A DNA stretch of 64,000 nt from the human T2T-CHM13v2.0 reference genome, Homo sapiens. The stretch is taken from assembly GCF_009914755.1 (NCBI RefSeq), contig NC_060934.1. The stretch is one strand, 5' to 3'. A program made the translations under genes and the position numbers. Of the stretch, positions 43,100 through 64,000 are shown piece after piece. The notes under the pieces were generated by a model. The model was not told where the DNA came from and made no database searches. It saw only the letters and a program-made list of their open reading frames with translations. The stretch's first letter is position 1, and every line of letters starts with the position of its first letter.

Positions 43100-43800
43100 G
43101 TTCTAAGGGTCGCGGAGCCCCCCTTCCTGGCAAAGTGCTGCGCGGTCACAGCTGGGGCGAGGGGAGCGGAGGTGTCGGGGCGCTCCTGGAGGATCTGGGC
43201 TACTTGGGCGCTGGGGAGGTGCCGCTAGCGGGGCCGCCAGGTCGCGCGGGGAGGGAGAGCCGGGAGGCCACGGAGGTCCTCCGCGAAGAGGGAGCCACAG
43301 GCACGGGGCGCATCGCCGCGGCCCCCCTGGCGCAGGAGTGAGAGGTCGGGGAGCCTAGAGCCAGAGGGCCGCAGCGAGAGCTGGAGCCGCCTTCAAGGGA
43401 TGCCCTCGCCCTCCCGCAGGCGCCGGCGCCCGGCCCAGCCCGAGCCATCAGAGGGCTGTCCGCCGAGCTGAGCCCGGGGAGGGCTGGGCTGCCCAGCTGA
43501 TCACAGGCTTTCTCCCGGATTGCGAGTTCTCTGGCCCGCGGCACCCTCCCGCGCGGGGGCCGCCCACCCACAAGCCCTGCCCCGAAGGCGTGTGCGGCCA
43601 GGAAGGCGGGGCCTGGTGTCCTCAGGGCTCTGGCGCCAAGTTCAGAGCCGCGCGCTGGGCGCTTGGCGGTGGCGGCCGCGTCTGCACCTCCTCCCTGCGC
43701 GCCGCCTGACAGCCTGGGAGAGAAGCGCCCTCAGGTCGGCCAAGACCAAGACCGAGAGCAAGCGGGCGCGGGCAGCGGGGTCCATCTCATTTCCACTGCC
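43100..43800. promoter_or_regulatory. CpG island (left-arm copy)
   Basis: Dense CpG and GC boxes; inverted homologue of 50570-51290. Confidence 0.85.
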
Positions 43801-44983
43801 TTTCCCCACAGTAGCGCTCTTGAGTCCTGACTTTGGCTGTTGGGTCCTTCCCTTCCCTCTGTCGCCAGCTTCCTCCCGCATTCTCCCAGGTCCTCTCTGA
43901 GTCCCATTCCTGTTCCTGTCCCCTGCCTTTCTGCCTCTTGTCTCCTTGTCCCGTCCCGTTTCTTTCTCCTCTCATCTCTCCCTTTTTTGTGTGTGTCTGC
44001 TTTATTGGCTATTTCTCTGTCTTGTCTCTTTTCCCTCTCTCACTGTCTTTTTCTCTCTCCCTATCCTCCGCTCATTTTTTGCAAGCAAGAATTCTCCCTT
44101 TGATTTATTTTTTCTCCTAGAGAGACATGTTGGGCTGCGGTTCTCTTCATCCACCCATCCCTCCGTTCATGACATATTGCTCCATTATCTTCTTTGGCTG
44201 GCTTTTAGGGTAAGAACCATGCATCAGACCCAGATCCTTTCTCCAATAGATTATATCCAAAGATCTGGACATGTAACCTGTTCAGTGCCTTTTCTGGGGG
44301 AAAATACATAGATGATCAAATTATGAATCTCTGACTTTTCAGAGTTACCTGAAAGAAAACATCTGGTTTTAGAATCACAGCTTGATTGCATTTTTTCCTT
44401 GACCTTCTGCCTTTTACTAATAGGCACAGACATTGCAGGAGTAAGCTAAGCCTCGCAGAAGCATTTAAGGGACACTCACACCTTCTGTGCAATGCCAGGT
44501 GCAGGGGAGGGAGGGGGCAGGATACAGAGCTGGGTTGTGGGAAGACAGTGGCAGGCCAGGGCTTTCAACCTGAAACATTTGAGGGAGCCTAGAAATAAGA
44601 AAAAACAGTAATTTTCTAAAATATGTAGTTGCCAATGCCACTGAGGTAGGAAATGAAGTTGCCTAATTACTCCTGAGGGAGACATTAGACATTTTGTAAC
44701 AATAATTCTGGCATTTGAAATTAATATTTTTGTGTACATCAGGAGGACCAAGATAAAAATATTTTACATTAATATGAAAACTTGTCTTAGCTGCATACTA
44801 AATGAAAAAATCTAGAAAAGCAAGTCAGATTCATTTATGAGGGATAAAATAGAAGAATTATATATCAAGGCATTTTTTGCTGCTTCTTGTTAAAAAATGT
44901 AATCTTGTCAGAGAGATGTGATTTCATTTTTAATGAGTTTTTATATGTGAATCTGTATATTCAAACACACACCATACATATAT

Positions 44984-45048
44984 TTGTGTGTGTATATATG
45001 TGTGTGTGTATATATGTGTGTGTGTGTGTATATATATATATATGTATA
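44984..45048. repeat. Compound (TG)n/(TA)n microsatellite
   Basis: Read directly from the sequence. Confidence 0.9.
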
Positions 45049-45506
45049 TCGTTAATAACCAGCTAAAGCTTGAAGTTGGCATTCTTAGAAATAATTTAAC
45101 CTGATGCTATAGTTTATTGTGATCTTTGAGCTAATTTAACTTTTCAGTTGATGCAGAAAAGGAAATATGGTCATAGAGAAAACACACAGAAATGAATAGA
45201 GATTAAATATTATGGAAGTGGATTGAAGTGTGTTTAATGAAAGAATTTGCTCACTTTAGATCAAAGAGTGTTGGACAAAATCATAGGTCTGTGCATGGAA
45301 CTTTGATTTATGAGACTTTTTCTGGAATAAAGAGTTAAATTCCCTTTTAAATCATCTAACCACTGACCTCCAACACATCAGAATTCTAGGGAAAGGGGTA
45401 AAAGGCATGCTTTTCAAATGATTTTAATCATCATATCTGCTTGGCTTAGCAGATTTCTTTTCAGAAATTCAGTGGGTGGCACATTTTGTAAAGATTTAAT
45501 CACATC

Positions 45507-45538
<32 letters not shown>

Positions 45539-48500
45539 GGGTAAGTATTGGGCTTCAGTACTTTTTATCTTTAGATGATACTATTGTTGGAACCTGGGAA
45601 GGTTGGAAGGTGTAGCTGAAGTAAAATCACAGCCTTTTTCCTTGAAGGCTGCCAGTGGAATTGGGACCACCGCCTTGGGCTCCACCTTTATTCTCTAGTT
45701 GTATTAGGAAGAGAGCTGCCGTTCCTTGTGCTCTTGCTGCCTGGCATGCACAGAGCCCTGCTGAGTCCTGTCAGTGAGCTCCTGAAGTGAAGATCACCAT
45801 CCTGTTTTACTTATGAGGAGAGGGAGGCCTAGAGTGGTTGCCTGAGGTCAGGCAGGGAGTGAGTGGCAGGGCTGATTTAGAACACAAGTTATGCCCTGGA
45901 GCCAGAGTAACGAGGGCTAACTCAGTCCCATTATGTGACTTCCATGTTGCTGCAGCCTCAGAACATATTATGTCTGATATATCGCTCCACACTGCACCAC
46001 TCATTGCCTGTTGGCATTGTTTGGCAACAGGCAATGAGTACTGCTGTTGCTCCCTGTTCTATGTCCTGGCCATCTTCAGCCATGTCCATGGCAGACCCTC
46101 AATCCGCACAGCAGGGCCCCTTGAAGCACTGGATCTGCCCTCTGCTTTCACTGGCCCTGCTTCTGCACAGCCTCAGGCATCTGAGTGAGTGATGGGATCG
46201 CATCCACCCCTATGAGGGTCCTCGTGACCAAGTTGTGTTGTACTAGGGCCGCCCTCACTGCAGAACTGGGGTCTGCCTTATCCTGGGACTCCTGCACTTG
46301 GCTTTGCTGGAATACAGCAGGCATTGCTGCTAGAAGGGTCCAGGCATAGCTGGCCACGGAGCCTACAGGGGCTGGCCAGGAAGTGCTCATCTCCCCAGCA
46401 CTACCAGTCAGCCTCTGGGAAAGCCTGGATCACTTTCAGTGTTTAATTTCCTCAGTATGCCAGAGCCAGGAGGATAACAGGTGTATTCCCTTTCTTAGGA
46501 AACCCCAGGACATTACAATCCATAGGCAGAAGAGGCCCATAGATGACTGTCCTCTGGAATCTTCCAAAAGAGTCTGGGAAGCTTCTCCAGAGACTAGGGA
46601 CACCAAAGGATTGGAAGACACGAGGTATTTTCTGCTTTTGTATGTTTTAGCTGAAGAGAAAGGTAGAGCAGCAAAGCACTGCATGGAGGGTCGGGGGTAC
46701 ATGGTGTCTCTGAATAAGATCTGGTGCCTGACCTGCAGCTCAGAACAGCAGGAGGCTGGCCAGTTGGCTTGGGGCAGGTGCCTTCAGACATCTCAGGAAA
46801 AAGAGTTTATCCAGCTGTTTGCCAAGAGTTCTTTCTTCTGTAGTTGGAGCGGGAAGGAGAAAAATGCCCAAGCTGTTTGGTCATTCTTTAAACATTGTAG
46901 GTCGCTGGTCCCTGAGAGCTCAGGAGTGATGGGAAGGCCTCCATGGAGTGGACTCTATCCCTTTGCACTCAGTGTGATAAGAACTGATCCCCCTAACATT
47001 TACTGAGCCAGGCTCCTTAGCACTTTGACTGTACTAATCAATCTAATCTTTCCAACAATCCAGTGAAGACAGATCCAAGGTGACCCTCTTTACGGGTGAG
47101 AAAGCAGAGGCATGGAGAGGATCCACACTTTGCCCAAGGTCACAGGTTGGATACAGCAGAGCTGGATTGGAGTCTCGGTTACCTGGGTAAGGTATAGAGA
47201 GACAGATAATGTGGGAGAATGTGGCCAGTGGTTCCCAGATGAGTGAATGATCAGTGTACAGTCAGGGCCCAGGGGACGGGTGATAAACCAAGAACCATGA
47301 GCTTTTAACATGGTGGGGTTGGTGAGGCTTCATCTCTCAGGCTGCAACACCTGCTGAGTTGGGTAATAGCAGACCCTGATTTGTGGCCCACGTGGGTTGG
47401 GAGCCTTGGGGAGATGTGCTCTGTGTTGGTGGGGAAGGCCAGGCATGGTTAGATCCCCTGTAGACTTGGGGAGCTCAGTTTCAGAAAGTTTCAAAGATCA
47501 TCACTTGATTTCCTGTGATCTGGGGGCTCTGAAAGCAGTGGGGGAGTCCTGGAACTAAATCTGGTTCTTCCAAGTAGGAAGGATGTGGGGTGATAATGAG
47601 AGATGTCTGTGTGGTTCAGAGGGAGGTCTTGCTGAGGTCAGAGGGACGAGAGCCAAGAGGAGCCCTTCCCAGGACACTCATAATGACAGAGTGACGAGGG
47701 CCAGTAAAGAGTGTCAGGGGGTGAGAGCCCGGGCATGAACTGAGCCTACTGAGGAGAGCTGACAACCACAAAGCAACTTTTCATATCATCTTCGGAGCAA
47801 GGAGAACAAGGGCTTCATAGATCCATCACCGTCTAGAGCAGCTGGTGTCTGTGAAGGGGAGGAAGGTGCAACTGCGCTGTGCCCACAGCAGTCTGGACAG
47901 AGGAGGATCTGCAGGTGCAAAGGCCGCAGGTGGGTCCCCCGAGGAAAGCATGAGCCAGGCAGCGCTGGGCTGCTGTGTGTGTGCTCAGGGCCCCGACCCA
48001 GAGAACACCCTGGCCAGGGCATGGCATGACCTGGAATGAGATCCCCCATCTAAGGTGCTGTGGGAGAGGCATTAGGGATGAAGCCTGGAGGTGGATGAGA
48101 CTCAAATCTGATGTTCACCCTGGGAATGATCCTAAAGTAAGCGGAAGGCTGTGAGTCTGTAGGCAAGGGAGAGATGGGCACGAGGAGCTGGCGGGGGCTC
48201 CCTGTGGAGAAGCGAAGCCAGACTCATGTCATTTTCCACCTTGAGGAGCTTCGGTCTGGCCCTTGTTCTGTTGGGGTTCTGGAGGACATCTCTGACCTTA
48301 CTCCATGCAGTGCTGATGCATGCAACAGCAGTAACCCTCAGGGGTCCCGGGTGGGATGAAAGGTCCCCAGATAGTTCCTAATTTTCTCTCCTCCTTTTCT
48401 TCCTCGTTGCTATTATTGTCTCCCCCTCCTTTTTTCGTCTTCCCTCTCTTTCTCATCATTATGTATTCATCTTCTCCTTTGCTCCCTCCTCCTCCTCCTC

Positions 48501-49043
48501 ATTCTTCTTATTAAGATCTGGATGTTAGCATTGGAGTGGGAAGCTGGGTGGGGTATCTAAGTCAGCAGTTGGCAGTGTCCAAATCCACGATGGTCTCTAA
48601 AAGCTGGGATACTGCCCTGAGTTTATCAGGATGACATTTGGCAGATTGAAGATAAATTCACTTGGATCAAGACCTCATGTGGTTGTTGTGAAAATTAAAT
48701 AAAATAAGGTGTAGGAGCATCTGTCATGCAGACACTTATGTAGTCAATAAATGATAAGTCTTAATCTTATACCATGAAGCATCCTGATAGCAAATGTTCT
48801 GTCCTGCTGTGAGACCTCGTGTCCCCGTTTTTAGTGCTGAGAAGAGGTTGCCACATCCTAACTCAGGGCACGCTGGACAGTTCTCCTGTTCAGGGCCACA
48901 TGGCTGTGGTTGGCAAACTTTGTCTCAGCCATGAAGGCAGCCCAGGGGGGGACCTGCAGAGGTGGTGCCGGGTGCAGCAGAACCAGAAAGATGACACAAG
49001 CAAGCTGCTGTACCTAGGAGCAATACTAGCTATACTGGGGAGA

Positions 49044-49285
49044 ATGTGTGTGTGAAAAACAGTGAGCATGAGTTTGCAAGCCTGTGTAAGGGCGTGTATG
49101 TGTGTATTTGTGTATGTGTGATTGCATGTGTATATGAATGTATATGTATATGTGTGTAAGTTTGTGTGTGTGTTTATGTGTGTGAGTATATGTATCCATG
49201 TGTGAGTGCATGTGTGTCACTGTGTGTGAGTGTGTCTGTGTGAGTATGTGACTGTATGTGCGAGTGTGTGTGTGAGTGTGTATGT
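49044..49285. repeat. Degenerate (TG)n tract in the spacer
   Basis: Read directly from the sequence. Confidence 0.9.
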
Positions 49286-50569
49286 CTCCCTGTGGGAGCT
49301 CATGGAAGCTCAGCAATGGGGCTTCAAGCAGACCAGTTTTTCTTGGAGAAAGGGGGAGAATTGGCTTCATCCAATTAGTCGTACATGGGTAGGCCTGGGA
49401 TGGACTGGAGAGACAACTTAGCTTGAGCCCATTTTACAGATGGAAACCCGAGGCTCAGAGAGGTTGAGTGCTTTGCTCAGGGTTACTGAGAGGAGTGAGG
49501 TTTCTGCATCTGCCTCTTCGGAGGCATTGGCTGAAATTCATCTCTGATGTCAGGCACCCCCTCTGAGGAATCTGCTCGGAAAAGGCATCGGGAGCTGCAG
49601 CACGTGGTTTGCATCCTCTCCATGCAACAAAGGACCTAGACTTCCAGGAGTCACAGGGTAGTCTGCAGGGCAGGGTAGAGATGTTCCACAGAAGCTGGTC
49701 AAAAGCTGGAATATCATTAAAGATCACAATATACCACAACATCAGGTTCCATTATTTCTGAGGAGGCAAAGCAACTACATATTTTAGAAATTTACTGTTA
49801 ATTTCTTATTTCCAGTCAGTCTCACCCAAATGTTTCAAGTGCAAAGCCCTGGCCTCCCACTGTCTTCCCACAACCCAGGTCTGTATCCTGTCCCTTGCCT
49901 CCCCTGCACCTGGCATTGCACAGAAGGTGTGGGTGGCAATGTCCCCTAAAAGCTTCTGCAAGGCTTAGCTTCCTGCTGTGCTGTCTGTGCCTCTATGAGT
50001 AAACGCAAAATGTCAAGAAAAGGATTCAATTGTCTTGTATCTAAAACCAGGTATTTTTTTCAGGTGACCCTGAAAATTCAGAGATTTATAATTTGATCAT
50101 CTATGTACTTTTTCCCAGGAAAGGCACTGAACGGGTTACATGTGCAGATCTTTGTATATACTCTGTTGGAGAAAGGATCTGGGCTGAAGACGCCAGCACC
50201 TAGCACAAGCCCTGGATGAGAATAATGGGGCACTACAAGATGAACAGAGAGAGGGCTGGGGCGGGGAGGGGTGGATGCAAACGATTATGGCCAAGAAGTC
50301 ACCTTAGGGGAAAAACATAAGAAGAATTCTTGCTTGCAAAAGAGAAGGAAGCCTATACGGAGAGTGAGGGGAGAGGCCGAAAGAGAGAGAAGGAAAAAGG
50401 ACAAAAGAGGACAGAGAAATAGCCAACAAGGCGGACACAAGAAAAAGGGAGAGATGAGAGAAACAGGAGAGGACAAGGAGACAAGAAGCAGAGAGGCAAG
50501 AGACAGGGACAGCAATGGGACTCGGAAAGGACATGGGAGAGAGCTGGAGGAAGCTGACAGAGGGAAGGG

Positions 50570-51290
50570 AAGAACCCCCCGCCGTCAAAGGCAGGACTCA
50601 AGAACGCTGCCTTTCGTGCAAGTGAGATGGGCTCCGCTGCCCGCGCCCGCTTGTTCTCGGTCTTGGCCGACCTGAGGGTGCGTCTCTCCCGGGCTCTCCA
50701 GAGGCGCGCAGGGGGGGAAGTGCAGACGCGGCCGCCACCGCCCAGCCCAGGGCGCGGCTCTGAACTTGGCGCCAGCGCCCAGAGGCCACCAGGCCCCGCC
50801 TTCCTGGCTGCACCCGCCTTCGGGGCGGGGCTTGCGGTTGGGCGGCTCCGGCGGGTACGGCGTCGCGGGCCAGAGAAACGGCAACCTGGGAGAAAGCCCC
50901 CTATTGATCCGTTGGGCGGCCCGGCCCTCCCCCGGCTCAGCTCCCCGGAGCCACCCCCAGCTGGCTCGGACCGGGACTGGCGCCTGCGACTATGCCTGCG
51001 GGAGGGCGAGGGCGTCCTTTGGAGGCGGTTCCCTCTCACGCCGCCGCCCTCTGGCTCCTGGGCCTGCCGGGTCTCGGCGATGGGCGAGGGCTGTGCCCGG
51101 TGCCTGCGGCTCCCTCCGCGCCGTGGACCCCCGCGGCCTCCCGGCCTTCCTTACCCCGGCGGCCTGGCGGCCCCGCGAGCTTCACCTCCCCAGCATCCGA
51201 ATCGCGCAGCTCCTCCCGCGAGCGCCCGCCGCCTTCGCTCCCCAGGCCCCAGCTGAGACCGCCAGGAAGGCGGGCTCCTCGACCCCAGAT
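50570..51290. promoter_or_regulatory. CpG island about 2.1 kb upstream of the ANTXRL ATG
   Basis: Dense CpG; GGGGCGGGG GC box near 50822. Confidence 0.85.
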
Positions 51291-51639
51291 CATAAGAGGT
51301 GTCTGGGAACTAAGGGTGGGAGGGGGCCAGGGTAGAAAATGTCAGTTCAAGTACGTTAAAATTAAGAACTTAGGCTTTGTTTAAAAAACAATAAATGAAG
51401 TGAAAAAAACAAGCCACAGAGTAAAAGAAGATACTTGCAGCAAGTGATAAAGGATTAGTATCCAGGATATATAAAGACTGTTATTGAGTCAATGTGAAAG
51501 AGAAAAACACCTGAAGCAAAGAATGGATGCCGGCATTAAATAGGCACTTCAAAGAGGAACCATGAACGACCAAAATCAAGTGAGTAGGTGACCAGTTCCC
51601 ATTAGTAATTAGGAAATAGCAAATTAAGACCACAAAGAG

Positions 51640-51790
51640 GGCAGTGAGGGTGGCTCACACACCTCTAATCTCAGCGCTTGGGAGTCCAGGGCCAGAGGAT
51701 CCCTTGAGGCCAGGAGGTGGAGTCTAGCCTGGGAAACATAGCAAGACCCTGTCTCTACAAAAAAATAAATAAATAAAATAAGAAAAAAGT
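51640..51790 (+). mobile_element. Alu monomer (FLAM/AluJ-like) within an old L1 fragment
   Basis: Single Alu arm plus A-rich tail; imperfect TSD accacaa(a/g)gag. Confidence 0.8.
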
Positions 51791-52249
51791 AAACCACAAG
51801 GAGATGACTTACCACCAGGCAAAAATATTAAAGTATGCTAATACCAAGTATCAAGAAGAATGAAGCAAGATAGCTCAAATATGCTTTTGAAGGAAATATA
51901 CTGGGCTTCATTCATTCTGAAATACCCCTTATTTAAGATACTCTATTATATTAAATACAGTTCCAAAACAAAAGAAATCAAAGAACAAAAAACTAACCCA
52001 ATACTTTTATCACTTGTAATTTGTATATTACACATATTGAAAGATATATTTTAGACTTATTAGAGAACGATTTTTAATTGGATATCACTCTTGTGCATAC
52101 AAAATAAAATAAAATTGATTAAGGTGTTTCTAACAGTTACAGTCTGACTTTTCTGAGTCCTGTTTGAGTCTCACTCATTGGTGCCTACGTCTTTCCACAC
52201 ACTGTAACCTCTCTGCTATTCAAAGCGTTGGTCATACAGCAGTTTTGAC

Positions 52250-52772
52250 ACTGGGATGTGAACCTGTCCACATTCTTTCCCTAGAGAGGGGGCCTGTGTT
52301 CCTGCCCATTGACTCTTGGCAGCTGTGACTGCTTGGACCAATAGAGCACAGTGGAAGTGACACTGTGTGACTTCCAAGGTGATGTCATAAAAAGCTCTAC
52401 AGTTTCTGCCGTGCTCACTGAAAATACTCACTCTTGGACCTCTGGGCCACCTGTAAAAGCCCAAGCACCCTGAAGCTGCCATGCTGGGAGGAAGCCCAGG
52501 TCACACGGGGAGGCTACATGCAGGGTCTCCATTCACAGTCCCAGCTGAGCCCAGGTTTTGGGCCCTCCTGCCTAGGAGCCACACTTGTGAGTGGAGCAGC
52601 CTCCAGATAATTCCAGTGCCCAATCCTTCAAGTTATGGGGCCCCAGACATGAGGAGCCCTCCTAACTCCGCCCTGAGTGCCTGATCCTCAGAACCTGTGA
52701 GCATAATAAAATGGGCCTGTTCTGTGTCCCTAAATGTAGGTGGTCTGTTACACAGCAGTAGAGAACCGGAAT
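52250..52772 (+). mobile_element. MLT1-type MaLR LTR upstream of ANTXRL
   Basis: Motifs gaccaatagag...gaagtgacactgtgtgacttcc, gccatgctgggaggaagccc and aataaaatg...ttacacagcagtagagaacc. Confidence 0.72.
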
Positions 52773-53307
52773 GTCCCTCATTCACAAAGACTCTGGCAAC
52801 ACTGCAGTTTCCATCTCCTTCCCGAACTGCCATCTCCTGGGGGACTTCAGTGTCACACAAATAACCTCCCATTGCCAACACTCTGGCCTCCCAGTCCTTG
52901 ACCTCCTCACCCACAGCAATGTCCTCACCTAACTCACCTGGGCTAACTCTTCCAATGAACAAACAGCAGGGTCTAGTGGTTTTAAGGGACACTGTGAGGG
53001 CTGTTATAAGGGAAATGGAGGCTTCCTCTTGTAGCCCCTCCAAAGGTCCTGTGCCTCCCCCTGATGTTGTCAACATGCAGGACATTGGGAAGAGCTGCAG
53101 GTCACAAAGTCACCATGTCAACCTTCCTGTCAACCATAACAGAGAATTCTGTCCCCAGGGTGGGGGAAGGGCCAGGCAGGTAGCTGGAAGCAAGTCTCCC
53201 AGAGCCAGCTGCTGACCCTAGTCCCTGCGATCTGGGGAGGTACCTGGTGGAGGGCCATAGTGTGCACTGGTGAAAGGGCAGGAGGAGGGGTGTGGCCCCG
53301 GGCATAA

Positions 53308-63960
<10,653 letters not shown>

Positions 63961-64000
63961 TGAGGGGCTGGGGACCTGGATCCTTTGGCAGGAAGCTCAC

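Noticed and set aside
45507-45548. Poly-T followed by aaccacaagg|gtaagt, resembling a recursive splice site
   Set aside because: AG and GT are not adjacent (extra G) and no host transcript can be supported in the spacer.
46383-47006. 207-aa ORF in the unique spacer; also GC-rich ORFs at 10244-11164 and 50353-51335
   Set aside because: Non-ATG starts for most, no recognisable homology or exon structure; expected by chance in GC-rich DNA.

Overview
Human-type (primate) genomic DNA, recognised from the encoded protein as the ANTXRL locus (10q11.22 by recall). The window is one large, old head-to-head inverted duplication. The right arm (about 49771-64000, + strand) holds coding exons 1-8 of the anthrax-toxin-receptor-like gene ANTXRL. 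The left arm (about 9841-44632, - strand) holds the unprocessed paralogue/pseudogene ANTXRLP1, with homologues of exons 3-13, 15 and 16. A unique spacer of about 5.1 kb separates the arms, and each arm has a CpG island near the spacer. Because both copies are present, they can be compared directly. The comparison shows a ~6.7 kb deletion with a templated junction that removed exons 1-2 from the pseudogene, and four broken splice sites but no stop codon or frameshift in ~1040 nt of pseudo-exons. It also shows almost purely non-synonymous divergence in VWA exons 6-7, inverted telomere-type repeats flanking ANTXRL exon 4, and a CpG-rich hairpin cassette in ANTXRL intron 7 that masks a perfect cryptic donor. 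The rest is repeat-rich: L1, a MER65-type provirus with nested inserts, solo LTRs, Alus and MLT elements. Most ORFs in the supplied track are spurious. Repeat subfamily names come from recalled consensus sequences, not from a database run, and all alignments and counts were done by eye.
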